Shown: positions 1 through 12,999 of the stretch, piece by piece
How positions within the stretch are numbered: position 1 is the first letter of the stretch
Layout of the letters: each line of letters starts with the position of its first letter
From: Raillietiella orientalis
Lineage: Eukaryota
Assembly (NCBI GenBank): GCA_036172245.1
Contig: JAYWIR010000002.1
Span: forward strand, 6,882,001-6,946,000
DNA: 64,000 bases
Direction of reading: 5' to 3'
Notes under the pieces: model-generated
What the model saw: the letters and a program-made list of their open reading frames with translations, nothing else
Database searches by the model: none
Told to the model about the DNA's origin: nothing
Translations under genes and position numbers: made by a program

Positions 1-1399
1 ATAATTCAAGGGATTTCGCCAATCTCCTCCAAACCAGTACTATATCAACGCATCGGACATTCGGTGACGCGTTCCATCTATCAACCGGTTATTTAAAACA
101 AATTGCGCATGAAATTCTTGATTTCCAAGAGCTTATTCGCTCCCCTCCCCCCTCTTTTCTTGCTCCGTCTCCTCTTTTTCTCTCAAACCAGACTTTTGTA
201 ATGTGAATGTCTGGAGTTTGAATCAAGAGCATCACGAAGCATTTAAGAAATTTAAGAAATCTCTGTGGAAAATATGAAATCTTTCTCGAAAATCTGATAA
301 CAGAAATGCGTATCAGAAAAAGCAATCGAATCTCAATCTGGAAAATGCGCAAATAAACGTGCTTGCCTCAGCCCATCTTCTGACTCCTGGTTCCGAGGAA
401 GCAATCGAAGGTTTTTGAAAGTTCACTTACCAAGAACTGCGATGAGTCCATCAAAGCAATGTTCATCGAGATGAAGAAAAAGAAAGCATCAACAAATTGC
501 AAAAACAGTGTCTGATCATTTCTTCCGATCCCTTGCAACATCGTGGATGGGATTTCCGCTTCATGATCAACTAGTCAGATGGCATGTACCCGCATACTTG
601 TCCTCTATTAGCAAGGACAAGACATCATAAGCTTGCGCGAATTGAGTATGTAATGAGCGGTTGGTTTCCACACAGTTTGTTACTGCCCTCACATCCACCT
701 TTAGTGGGTTATACAACAGCAAGTCCTCATAAGTAGGACGGCGTTTCCATGTTTTCAAAGTCGATTATGTTGCACTGATGTTAGAAAACTGACTTAAATC
801 TATCGTTCTGTTCACATCCACACAGATAAATTTTCAAAATCCTAACTGTGGTTCTCCGTTATGTTGTGATTGAAAAAACATTATAGCTGCCATGAAACAG
901 TTTTTTTTTTTTTTTCTTTTTCCTATTAAACAACCGCACACCATTACTGAACGACATGATCATTTATAGAGAAACTGTCCACAAAGAGGTGCATACGAGC
1001 TATGGCTTCAAACAGGTCAGTTGGTCATATTTTGCATGCGTTCGTGCCTACTGTAGAGAATAAAGCAGAAACGAGCAGTTCACACTGAAGGAATTGGAAA
1101 TGAGAAAGAGTGATATCGACGAAGGCAACTTCACGAATTCCTCGGTGGATCTTTTGGATAGCACAATTCCCTTGAACGAGGATTCTGATCTCGCGTGCGT
1201 CAGAGGAAACTGGAAAGATGCCGTTAAAGATACGAAATCGAAAAAAAATTCGACTGAATCAAAAACAGGTAGGTATTTGCGTGTCAGATTTCAAAAAGAA
1301 ATCGCAAATTTGAACCAGGAAAGAATGACATTCGGAAAATTGAAGAACAGCATTTCAACTCCTTTTTCGAATATTTCATCAGCAAGGAAAAGGAATTGT

Positions 1400-2450
1400 T
1401 TGGATATGAAAACCTTTTCCATCTAAACTTCGAGATGCAGGACTCGGAGGTAAAGGAGATAACAGATCCCCCCTTTTTGGAAGCAAACCCTAGGTTGTGG
1501 ATCCTATTGATTTACAAATATGTCATTTCCTTTTCACGAAGGCATCAGATTCCCTCGAGGCTACCGATGCCAAGCAGAATCAGTCCGTCAGCATCGCTTC
1601 CTGCAAATGTGGATCCTTTCGATCACTTGCATAATACCGTGCTGTCTTCCTGTGACTCAGAGAGACCGAGGACGTCGCAGTTGACTGCTGTTCACAATAA
1701 ATACCCTACAAAAAAATCACGCAAGCATTTCATAAATCAGCTTGTGACGGTAAGAGCCTCATGTTCCTATGTACCACCGACTGTGCGAAACCGTAAAGCG
1801 AATTCTGTGCGTGGATCCACCGCGCGTGACCACGTGGCGCGCGTTGGGACGCACAGCAAGTTCTTCCGGATTCCAGCTTGCTTTGGGTCGCATCCCCGTC
1901 CAGGCGTTCGTTGACGTTCCTGCTAATTGTATCCAAACGGAGCAGGAAACTCTTTCTAACCATCGTAGTTATTGCGGGGCTAAGAACGGAAATGCATCTC
2001 CTGCATAGCAACGCGGACAGAGCGATGGCACACGCGCAGGCAATTAGTCATCCTTCCAAATAAGAAATCAACTCACCTTCAGGTCAGTGCATTTCAGAAC
2101 GAAAGCTTTCCAAGCTGCATCACTCGTTTGCACACGAATCGTTCGGAATCGGATGATCCTCAGGAATGTAAGGAAGGCAACATGCAGAAGGACATTGCCT
2201 TTGTCATGTGCCTTTCATGCAGCCAGATGGCATTTTTTTTTTTTTTTCTTTGAAAGAAAAGATCGAGTGTTCAGAATGGGCGGGCGCGCTGGTCAGAAAC
2301 CTTGCATCCAGCAAGTGAGAATCTGATTTGCAAGGTACTGACCAAAGGGACACTGCTTTGGGCTCCTTATTTACCCGGCTCTTTCGAACAAATTTTCCAA
2401 GTGTTGGAGGGGATTTCAAGTGCCCCTTTTATCCCCTTCTGAAGGAAGAG
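1400..2450 (+). mobile_element. Highly decayed APE-type LINE reverse transcriptase remnant (CR1/L2/jockey-like)
   Basis: Frameshifted peptides fall in RT order: RLWILLIYKYVISFSRRHQI, DHLHNTVLSSCDSE, SSGFQLALGRIPVQAFVDVP (PQGSxLGPxLF-like) and DTALGSLFTRLF (KxLG-like). Motif recognition by eye only. Confidence 0.4.
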
Positions 2451-2556
2451 CATAAAGCTCATCCAATCTTTCTCTATACAAGAATAAAGATCAAAAGTTC
2501 CTGAGGCATTCGAACACAAAGAAATATCCATAGAATACACTAGTGATCCACTAAAA

Positions 2557-2851
2557 CAGCGTATCCCAAACTATGTTTGTCAATAAGTGTTCCGTGAAAA
2601 ATTATGAAAAGTAATGTATTTTAAATGCTATCAAGTTTGTTTTACTATTTCCAGGTGTTTCGTTTTACATAATGGAGATCTGAGAATAAATGTTTCTTTT
2701 TTTTTTTTTTGCTCTTTCAACTCTTACGATATTTACTTGCTTAATTTATTTATTATTAACATCTCCCTACCCTATAAAATAACCAAGGTCTTCCGTTAAA
2801 ATTTCAGGATGTGTGAAGTGTTCCGACATAGGAAAAGTTTGGGAAACGCTG
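2557..2851. mobile_element. hAT (Charlie-like) non-autonomous MITE
   Basis: TIRs CAGCGTATCCCAAACT (2557) and AGTTTGGGAAACGCTG (ends 2851) match at 15/16. Flanked by an 8-bp TSD, CACTAAAA / CACTATAA (7/8). Confidence 0.8.
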
Positions 2852-2879
2852 CACTATAATACGAGGAGTGCACGTGCAG

Positions 2880-3330
2880 TGGATCATAACCTCTGATCGA
2901 TAATCAGATGATCTTCTGTACACCTTTCTGTGCTTTTACCCATAGTCCGCTCTATTACCGCAGGCTCTGAGGTCATTTTCATTGCTTGGCATTCCTCCCT
3001 CCCATGATTTGTTTATGGCTACTGAATCCTGGAATCTGCCATCTGTTGATCTCTTGTTCCCGCAGAACAAGCATTCGCAGTTTCTGCTTCTGCTCCGTTC
3101 TTGGAGGTACAGTTGGTGATGGGACGTCGGGAAACGCATGAAAATGTAAACGTTCCCAGTCCAGAGTCCACAGCTTTTGCCTTTTGGGATCTGTTGATAT
3201 CTTACCTGCTTCCACGCACCATGCTTTTTCCAGCAAAGTTTTCGTAGGTATGTCAACGGAAAAGTCATGTTTCGTTCTGGATGAATCCGATTAGTTATTG
3301 GTCTCGTCGAAATCATTCTGTCCACTCTTC
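2880..3330 (-). mobile_element. RTE-like LINE RT N-terminal remnant
   Basis: QQIPKGKSCGL (KAxGxDG-like), then NDLRACGN and KGVQKII (KGDxxxCxNYRxI...K-like), in the expected order with frameshifts. Confidence 0.45.
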
Positions 3331-5249
3331 GCTTTGCTTCAGCGGATTCGACGCTGCGTTTCCTTTCTTTCCGTGCACCTCCTCCACCCTCGCGGCTGTA
3401 GGATTTTTTCTTTTTACATTGGGTCGCATCCCGACTGCTTCATTCCATCAGCGAGAGGCTTCACCTCCGCGAGGTGCTCTGCAACTTGCTGTAGCGGACG
3501 CAGCAGCACTTTCTAACTTCACGTATTGCGTTATGCAAACCTGTTATTGGCACTTTTCTGATTTTCTTTTTGCGGTATCCGATTCTCTCCCAAGTGGTCT
3601 TTGAAATCAGGACATCCAGCCCACCAATTCACGTGTAGGCGAAATTCCTTGACATTCTTGCATTTCAGTGGTTTTACTTTCGAGTGCTCTGATTTAAATT
3701 TTCCCTAGAAAAGTTTCTTCTTGTGTTTAAAATGGAAAGTAATGTATGGAGCATTCATAAGATTGCACATAGAAAAGAGTGGGGGAGGGAAGGAACATGA
3801 AAACGTTGCTGAACGTTTTTGTAAAAAAAAAAAAAAAAAGTTTTTTATTAGCTGATGTTCCATGATTTACGTAATTATTTTGACTCCTACTTATTTCCTG
3901 GTTTTCGAACATATGAATTCGGTTTATAGTCTATCTTCTGCCATCATAAGGTACATTCAGCTCCTTTATTGTAGTCTTTTTCCCAATGGAATTCGACAAG
4001 AGTATGGCAAATTTCAAAAGAGTCATTTTGAAGTTATGGCCAACTGCAAATGGACTGCCAGCAAACGCCTGGACCGCTTCAATCCGTCTGGTTTCCCCTT
4101 GTGCTTCTGTGCTAGAGTGACATGTGTAAACGTTTCTTTTGCGGCTGTCGAATGTGCTTACCATGCCGCTCAAGACCGGTGAAGAGTTTCGGTTTTAAGC
4201 AACTCTAAAGATCGTCCACAGAAAATCCAGGTTTTCATTTCATTTCATTTTTTGCCAATTGAGCTCTTATTCTCCCTGCCTCCTAATTAGACATAGAATT
4301 TTGTTTCGTCTTTTTATTGATTGCCACTAAGAACTGCTGCTCATTCTCTGAATGCGGCTTTCATTCCAAAGTTGGGTGCTGATCAGTTGTGGTATTACAA
4401 TGGCATGCTGCTTAATGGGAAAGCATAACAAACGCATTCATTACCAATTTGACATTAGAGAATTCCACCACATTCCAGACTTTCCGTACGTACACGTAAA
4501 TTACGAATCGCGGCATCTTCCGCAGTTCAGCTACGCTGTACCCACGCTGCTATTCCTTCCGTCAAAATGCATTCTGGATCGAAAAAAGGTATGAATAATA
4601 AGTGAAAACACAGAAGTTTTCCTTCTGAACGCTGTCCAGATCCTGGGAAACTTGATGCAATGACTCGATTTAATGTTGGAATGCCAATCAATAGCATCCT
4701 GTACCTTTATTAGTTGCTTGTATAATTCAACTTAAGTAACAAATTATGTTTCTATGTGTGTTTGGAGATGCTTAGCTTGGAACGTAAAGAGGACCCTGTT
4801 TAAAGTTCAAATGTATCTTTTGCAGGACTATTTTGTTGCAGCCAGCGGATCTCAGCATGAAAGCAGGAGTTTGGAAAATTTCGGCAGTATAGAACTTCCG
4901 GAACAAAAGTACCCCTGTAGAAGGATGTTTTAAATGATAAGATTGGCAGCGTTTCTAAGGAAATGCAAATGTTTGTTCAGTCTGGAATAAAGCAAAATGT
5001 TCCAAATGCTTTTCATCACGTGTCGACACTTTTTTCGATGTAAATATTTTGTGTGTTTTTTAAAAGCTTTGGTATTCCATGCCTGAGTGAAAACTGTCAA
5101 GAGAGACTCGACGAATTTAGTGCACATTGTAATTTATGGGTGGCACGAATTTGCTTTCTACTTAAGCTCTCACAGAAAAGTAACCATCAACCTTGGAAAC
5201 CTTTTGCCGCCTGCAATATCTTGAAAAAGTTCGTTCCTTGAAGCAAATT

Positions 5250-5890
5250 ATTGCTCTGTGCATGGTAAAGGAATCTCTTAAACACGTTTGTGTGTATGAA
5301 TGAAGGTTTCCAAATTAGTTTAGAGAAATGAATCCAGAATTCGTTGCATGTGAGTACGTGGTTTCTGCACAGAGAAACAAGTCGAATTTCCCCCAAAAAA
5401 GCAGAAGTTTGGCACATTTTCGGATGGAAACGATAGCGATGTAGAGAAGCCCGCCAATGTATTTTCTAAATAGCGTTATGGACACTGTTATGTATCACGG
5501 TAGGCAACACTGCTCTGCTCTCCTGGCCCCGCCGGCCATTTGCATTGTTGTGCGAAAAGAACCATCCGAAAGAACGCGTGGCGTCATCTTTCCCAAGCTA
5601 CCGCGGATCGGCACGGCATACACAGGTGTATGGCCTTAAAAAATGGCATCCTTTCACGGAGAAACAAATATTCCTATGCATCCACGTGCCAGTCGTAATT
5701 TGAAAAAAGCTGTTGCCCTTGTGAGTACGCACAACGTAAAATCTATAAGTACTATCCGCAAGTAATGTTCGGTGGCAGAAGTCGGATGTTCTAGTTGCAA
5801 TTCCATGCTCTATTCGTCCACAAGAATAAAGATTATGTGTTTCTTTTGTTATCTTATTTAAAGAAGCATCAGCTGATTGAGACATTTGTG
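5250..5890 (-). mobile_element. Mariner transposase remnant
   Basis: FFQITTGTWMHRN (VTGDEKW-like), LGKMTPRVLSDG (GKVMxxVFWD-like) and YSHATNSGF (YSPDLAPSDF-like) occur in the correct order across frames. Confidence 0.5.
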
Positions 5891-6420
5891 ATTCTTTTTT
5901 TTTTAATTTCCATTAGTGTTTATTTATTTATTTTTTTTCTCGATCTTCACATGAGAATTTCAAATTTTGCCAGAATCACAGAAAGTGGATTTCATTCACA
6001 GATACCAAATGCTCCTAATTAAATGGAATTATCCATTCAATCAGGAGTTTGGTTAACCCGTGGAATATGTCATCGGCAATGTGCCTTCATGAATATGATT
6101 TGTGCTTTTCCTGTTGTATCCTTAATATTCACTGAACATAAATTTCAGCCTGTACATTGAATTAAGGCCTGTGTATGCTCGAAACGTTTTATTAATGATT
6201 TCTGGACGGTTTTGCATATATTGCCTTGAAAATGATTTGAAACTCTCTTTAGCATTAGTGAAAACGTAGGAAGAGACACAATAGTCAATGCGATCACATA
6301 GCTTTTAAAACATATATGATCATTCAAAATAAGGGTTCAAGACAGTGCTTCCATGAGAATTGGAAAGATTCTTTTGCATATAGAGCTCCCCTGTTTATTA
6401 ACCAAACGAGCCCCACTCCA

Positions 6421-6669
6421 ATGAAGAATTTCATGTGTTTTTTACTCATTTTCATGCTGGCAACCACACACATGTGTATGCTTGTTTATTTTTGCCCGTT
6501 TGATAATGACCTTGAACAAATACGATTTCCTACAAGTTTAGCTGATGTAAACACCCTTTCTAAATCATTAAAGAAGTATCAGAAAGATTATCCAGTTTAC
6601 ACCTTGTTGTTGTTTTGCAGTGCATATCTTTACAAGCAATCTTTTGCCATTCCTGGATCTATGCTTCTG
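6421..6669 (+). CDS. TMEM41A: TMEM41A-like VTT/DedA-family membrane protein, exon 1
   Basis: MKNFMCFLL...FPTSLADV...LLLFCSAYLYKQSFAIPGSMLL matches the TMEM41A signature FCxAYLYKQxFAIPGS. GT donor at 6670, phase 0. Confidence 0.92.
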
Positions 6670-6722
6670 GTGTGTTATTATGTAGAAAATACTTAAATTT
6701 TGAACTTGTTCCTTTCTTTTAG

Positions 6723-6884
6723 AATGTACTCAGTGGAGCACTTTTTGGTTTCCTCTATGGTAGTGTACTTGTTTGCATATTGTGCTCTGTAGGTTCATCC
6801 ATTTGTTTCCTCTTATCAAAAACCTTTGGAAAAAGTTGGATTGTTGCCAAAATGCCTGACAAGTTGAGGTGGTTTAGTGAATCT
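6723..6884 (+). CDS. TMEM41A: TMEM41A exon 2
   Basis: Follows a 53-nt intron ending TTTTAG. Encodes NVLSGALFGFLYGSVLVCILCSVGSSICFLLSKTFGK...WFSES (54 codons). GTAAAG donor. Confidence 0.92.
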
Positions 6885-6932
6885 GTAAAGTATACAATAT
6901 GAAATTGTAAATCATGAAATAATTTTTTCTAG

Positions 6933-7071
6933 GTGAACAAAAATCATCACAGGTTGTTTTTCTTTTGTTTGTCTCTGCGGCTTTTCCCATTTACCCCTAA
7001 CTGGTTTGTTAATGTAGGATCTCCAATAGTGGGGATTCCTATACATATTTTTTTTACATCTGTATTCTTTG
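6933..7071 (+). CDS. TMEM41A: TMEM41A exon 3
   Basis: Follows a 48-nt intron. Encodes VNKNHHRLFFFCLSLRLFPFTPNWFVNVGSPIVGIPIHIFFTSVFF (LRLFPxTPNW motif). GTAAGT donor, phase 1. Confidence 0.92.
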
Positions 7072-8549
7072 GTAAGTCAACTGAATTTCCTCTGTTGTTG
7101 CCTAGTTCTATTTCTTTCCTTATGATGGTATAAAATTATCATGTATCATGAGTGTGGCATAGGAATGCATAAAAAACTTTGGTTAGTATTTGGATTTGCA
7201 TGTTTGAAAGTTATTTGAGGTATGGATTTTTGATTTAAGAATGATGTCATAACAACATGTTAATTGTAATTGCACGATATTGCATGCATTTTAATGGTTT
7301 TCCAACAAAGTTTGTTTTGGCAAGTACATGTGTGCCTTTTCATGGTGTTATCAAAAGTGATTCTTTCCATTTAGCTAGATTGAAGTTTTCATTCTGTGTT
7401 TGTTTGATTGATTCCACGATGTGTTCATTTCATTTAATCGCTATAATTTTAAATGCACTCGTTGATCAGTTTCAAGGCTTTCAGTTATCCATGTTGACCT
7501 GGGAAACTTCTATATCAGAGTTTCTGCATTTGCATGTTTGAAGGATACGGCATTTTCCTTTTGTTTTGTTTTGTTTTTTTTGGGGGGGGGGAGGGGGGAT
7601 TATCTTTTTACTATTAAGATGTAGCCTATTAGAATGATTCTTTTTGACTGTAAGTTCTTTTTTCTTTTTTTTAAATTGGTAATTATCACTGGAAAAACTT
7701 TTACTTTTTGATCAAACTGAATCTGTAACTGTATTCAATTGTTTTGAAAGTTGATTCTTGTCATTTTGAATCCAAAATGTAACGTTAAATCGTAAAATGG
7801 ATTGTATTCGTATTCTTTTCCGTATTGAAAGTATGGTATGTTAGTTGTATTCTTATGCTAGTTGTGTGCAGTTTCACTGTCAGTTGGTTAACCTACAAAG
7901 TTAGATATTTGAATTGTAATGATGTTTATCCTTTTCGTTTCGTTAAATCATTTACTGCGGTTAATTGCAAGTTTTCTGGTAGAGAATGAAGCTACAAATT
8001 TCCTTCGTTACCTTTCGGCTTGATTAATGACCAAGGTTTTTTCTCCCCTTTGTCATTGAGTAACTTCTTAACCATAATCAAAAACACTACAGTTTGTCGA
8101 TCATTTAATGTTCACCAATTTTTGAGAATGAGTAATAATGTATTATTACTTTTCAAAAATCGATGAAATGTAAATTTTTTAAACAAGAAAAGCATTTTTT
8201 TTTTTCTCTGACCGCATGCATAGATCCTGCTTGCTGCTTTGATGTTTCCCAAACTTAAATCAAAAGTGCATGCTAAGATCTTTATAAAACAAATATAAAA
8301 AATATTTGATTGATACTTAAGTTTTACCGTATTTTTCAGAAGTATCCATGCGTTCGTGGATTTCCTTCTTTTTTGCATACAACTCAAATATATCGATATT
8401 TTTAGGTAGCGGTAAAAAACGCGCCTGTCACAGCCAAACTTTTATCCCAGCTTTTCTATTGTGCCCTACATACAAGAAAAAAAAAAAAAAAAAAGAAAAC
8501 ATTTCTACATATAATGTTAATGTGCATAAAATGCAGTTGTTGAGCCCTG

Positions 8550-9880
8550 TAGTGAAAGTTCCTGCCACATGATTCGAAATATGGTTGCCATACTTTTCAG
8601 TCCAAACAAACTTTTTGGATGGCAGGTTTTCAGAGTCACAAGATCGTGTAGAAACATTGAGGATGGAATTTGATCGAAAACTTTTCTCACTGAGCATATC
8701 GTGAAAGCAAATAAAGGAGGACACTCTTTTTCTTCTTTTTCGAGTTGCCGTAACACAGAACGGATGAAGAATATCTTGGTTATGCTTCTTTTCAGTCATG
8801 CAGGCAGAACCAATTTTGCCATATCTCGCACCCTAGCCCACCTTTTCCCCGAATTCGACTCTTGCGGTAAGCGTTCTTATTCCTGATCCACGTGATTTTG
8901 TCCACAATTCGGGATCGAGGAGGGGACCCCCTTTTTTCCTGCCATTTCGTATGAGGGACTTCAGGGTATTAGTCGATTCGTTTGTTCTTGGAAATTCTCC
9001 GTTCTGTTTGCGGTTTATGCCATGAAAATCCTGTTTGATTAAAAGTCCACTTCCTATGCATGGAATTGTCGCTCTTTATCGAAATTAATTTTTTTTTTCC
9101 TGACTTTCATCTTTTGATGGAAGCGCATTCATTCAGAAGCACCTCTCAGACATTTCCAACTGGCTACTCCACCGTATACATTCACGATTTCGTTTCACAT
9201 TGAATGGGATGCTCGTCTCCATTCCTCTGTATCCTGCCAAATTGTCATGCTGCCGTTGTGCAGCCTCCTTTCGAACTTTCTGCGTACAGATATGAGGTGT
9301 GCCTTTATTCTTAAGTGCTTGTTTGGTTACACTTGACGTAGCCTTATCAAATGCACGCAACTTCCAGTTAGCTTATAAGTAAGAAATTTCTCATTTACAA
9401 ACTGATTGGAAGAGTTTTCTCATCTTCCCATCTGTTCTTCAGTCAGCAATGAGTTCATACCAAATGAAAGCACCCCGTGTGTTTCAAAAATACCACCAAA
9501 CGACGAGCGTTACTTGCTGTTGGTCTAATTGAGCTATATACTTTTGCATGCCACTGTCGCCTTCCTATTTCAACGTTCCATGGTATAAATAACATGAGGT
9601 AACACGAGAGTGTGCTCTCACGAACCAGGAAATCAAATAAACATCAGCTCCTCAGTGCCCTGAGACAAAAAAAAAAAGTCACAGCATTTTCTAATGTGGA
9701 ACCTGAAGTTGCTTTCGGAAACACTTCTCTCAACTTGGCTCATCTTGGCAGCAAAATGGCCGGGTTTCAAATATTATCCGCACAGCATTGTGCGTTGCCC
9801 AGACAGAAACCAAGTTTTGCCATGATCCTGCTGGTTACTTCACCCAAGAAACATTTTTAGTAGCATCCTCGGGAGTTTAG
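8550..9880 (-). mobile_element. RTE-clade LINE remnant inside TMEM41A intron 3
   Basis: APE-like IFETRP near 9760, KKG...NH(R)G near 8900, and LRQLEKEEKECPPLFAFTICSVRKVFDQI (LRQxxEK...DxxKAFD) near 8700. Confidence 0.55.
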
Positions 9881-11229
9881 GAAGCCTTTGGACTCATCTT
9901 AGGGAGGGTTTCATTTTGTTGGCCACTCTTTTGAGCAGTTTCTGTCGGACGGATCACATGTGCATTTTGAGTCATTCGTGAAGGTCTTTGTGAGGAATTA
10001 ATCGAGGAAAACAAAAACCGAAAATGAAAACAGTTTCTGTTTTCAACGAGACCGCAATAGATGTGCTGACTCGCAGAGTTTATTTATTTGGTGTTCTTGA
10101 TGGAACATTGCAAATTAAGTCGTAAAAGTCGAAAAATGGTAACAAATATCCATTGGTAGGTCGAAATTATGGAGTATACCAGATCAATATTCGACCTGTA
10201 GAAGTCAGAGCTTTGTGAAGTGTTGGAAATTTAACCAGAGAATACGAATTAGAAAAGCGTTTTCGGAGCAAATCCTAAATCGAAACGTAGCACTTCTGTA
10301 GTCGAGTTTGTTACCGAACATGCGTGCAATGGTGCCTTCAGCAGGAGCAAACTTTCCCCCCAAAACCATTCGGGAACGAACCGCCATCCCATTTGCTAGC
10401 GTTCGTGTGTGAAAGACTTTTTCATTTCAAGATCTGAGAGAACAGTTGCCAGCTTTTAAACAGTATAAAGTGAAAATCATAGATCAGGAACACTTGAGGG
10501 TTTGGGTTATTCTTGCATTTTGTATGTGAATATGTGTTCGCAACATTTTGTTACAAATTGTCGAAGGACGACAACGAGAGTCATCATCGCGATCAAAGGA
10601 AAGCATGGCTTGTTGTTGTACCTCTGGCATTAACTCTGCGATTCTCTTTTATCTTAAACCAAGCTTGCATTTTCAGCCTCGACCTGTACGAATTCAAGGC
10701 ATGGGGCGAACATTTGAACTTGAATGCTTAATCAATGTAATTTCGGGAAACGAAGATTTCAATTTCTGTTTCCGATTTCAATAGCTTGAATTAGCATAGA
10801 TAGCAGCGCAGCGATCCTCACAGCAATAACATAAGCATTCACAATCAGTTGTCACGTAGTCTTCGCATCCCCCTCCCCCTATTTTTTTTCAATCTGTCAC
10901 GTATTCCCCCAAAGCGCGATCGTTTGCTGCATGACGTCATTTGTTCCCTACACCCGAGAAGCAGCGTCTGGAAATCATGGGAACTTTGTAGATGTAGAAT
11001 TGGCACGTTAAGGGTCTTTTCAGTCAGTATCGACTATTGGTGCAGCGCATTTTTACTTTACGTTACTTTTCTCTGCACAATCTTTTTTGCATGTATCTTG
11101 CGTGATGGAATCGGGGCCGAACATCTATGTGGTATGAAAGAAGAACAAGAAGAAAAAAATACATCCAGTATCAGTAAAATGAAAAAAAAAAAAAAAAAAA
11201 AAAAAGGGAATCGCAACTGCTTTCTGTAG

Positions 11230-11680
11230 CTTTGCCACCTGCTTCTAAGCGACGTGTTTGGGATGGTGGTTCAGCGTATCAGGCGTTTTGTGGCGTTCCC
11301 GCAAAGAGAGTAGTTGTGTTGGATACCAGTCTCTTGATAATTACAGGAGAGCTGTTTCGTAGACTTTCAGCGGCAGTTCGTTTCGTACGGATTTCTCGGC
11401 AAAAGTTTTGACCACCTGCTTGTCGTGTTTAAGAGTAAGCACCAAAGGTCATCGGGTACGGATCGGACTCTTCGCGAGCTCACGGTAAAAGCCAAAACGA
11501 GCAAGCAAATACGAAGGAAGGAAAGGAAGTGGACGCGTCTTGTGTCGTTTCATGAAGATGGGATGATCTCGCTCGTTCCCATGCCAGCGTATGCTGTCGT
11601 GCCGTTAGCTCCGAAGTTACCGATTTCGTTGCACAACAACGATGATTCCTGGAACAAGCCTGTAGAGAATGCTCGAATGG
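11230..11680 (-). mobile_element. Possible Gypsy integrase remnant in TMEM41A intron 3
   Basis: ACSRNHRCCATK (zinc-binding-like), PVIIKRLVS and TLNHHPKH (TxYHPQ-like). Very degraded. Confidence 0.3.
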
Positions 11681-12153
11681 TATGGCGGAAGGAAGGAAGG
11701 AAAGGGGGGGGGGGGGGAGGGCAGGGTAGGAAGGAGGCACCGAATTTGGCCACCGAGGTGGTGGTAAGGGAAAAATGGAAAAAAAGATGGTGTTGACGCA
11801 AGTGTTGCAGTGTGCGAAGTGAATGGCGTTCACTAGTGCTCTGGAGTTTGTTTGGTTTTTTTTGTCGTCAAGCCAAAGAGTGAGATAAGCCCATTCTCTA
11901 ATGAGCAGAGACGCCTAAAAAAGAGCGTAGAATTCTCAAATTGGCTTCAAGGTGTGCGATGAGCAGGCAACTACGCGAAATGAATCATTCGAGAAACATT
12001 CTGCAAAGCTCGAGGAGTTGAGGCTCTCACAGTACGCGGAAGCTCATTCGACTGTGTGCTTTTTCGAGCATTTTGCAGTTGTTGCCGTTGTGTGCGTGCA
12101 TGCGTGTGTGTTTGCACATGGAAACTGTGCAAGCTTGCTTGCAAGTTTTCTTT

Positions 12154-12172
12154 TGTGTGTGTGTGTGTGTGT
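12154..12172. repeat. (TG)n microsatellite
   Basis: Direct reading of the sequence. Confidence 0.9.
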
Positions 12173-12292
12173 TTGCGTTTTTTTTTTCTTTTTGGCAAGT
12201 CCGCAAGTGGTGACGGAAGGATTCGGTCACATTGTGTTGTCTGCTGCTTGTTGCTCCATTTGCACTGTTTACTAATTTGTGATTCTTGTCAG

Positions 12293-12504
12293 GGTTGTTG
12301 CCGTACAATTGCATTACGGTGCGCGCAGGAGAGGTTCTTTCAAGCATCGCGAGTCTGAGGGATGTGTTTACTTTAAAGACCATGGCTCCGCTGTGCGCCA
12401 TGGCAGGGCTGGCCGCGCTTCCCACGTATTTCTTGAGGAAGGCGCCCTATCCCGTGAGCAGGAGCATCGAAGCAACTTCCAGCCTCCACTGTTTGCTTGA
12501 ATGA
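12293..12504 (+). CDS. TMEM41A: TMEM41A exon 4 (terminal)
   Basis: Branch-like TACTAAT plus TTGTCAG acceptor. The phase-1 join gives G-LLPYNCITVRAGEVLSSIASLRDVFT..., matching the TMEM41A C-terminal GLIPYNFICVQTGSILSTL. TGA stop at 12502-12504. Confidence 0.88.
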
Positions 12505-12679
12505 CGACCACTTTGCCGTCGCACCAGGAGCATCTGGAAGCTTTGGATGCAGGAAGGAGAGCACTTCATAATTGTATCGTTGGTGATGGTTTCCCGTTTA
12601 GCGTCTAATACGCATATGATTTCAGAAAAGTCGTCGCTGGGGAAAGACCAATAGCGTCCTTTTTTTTCCTTCCTTCCTT

Positions 12680-12724
<45 letters not shown>

Positions 12725-12999
12725 CGACCAGATGCTGATCGGGTGCTGTATAAGCATGGCGTCGGTGTACTCTCAAGAGTTGAATAAATGCTGTGGATGT
12801 TAAGGGTTTTTCATTTATGTTCCGAGTGTTCGTGTTTGGAGAGAAGATATCCAGATCGCAACGAGCACCTGCATTGACTTGCTGCCTCCCTTCCTGTGGA
12901 GATTCGTTTCTCCTTGAGTGGCGAGGCGGGACGTGGGAGGAGGAGGAAGGAAGGGTATTTGAGGGACCCGTGCGGACGCTGCTCAGCCCGTTTTCTGTG

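Noticed and set aside
1094..1426. 110-aa ORF with a possible donor near 1268
   Set aside because: It has no ATG-anchored gene context or homology and adjoins a LINE remnant.
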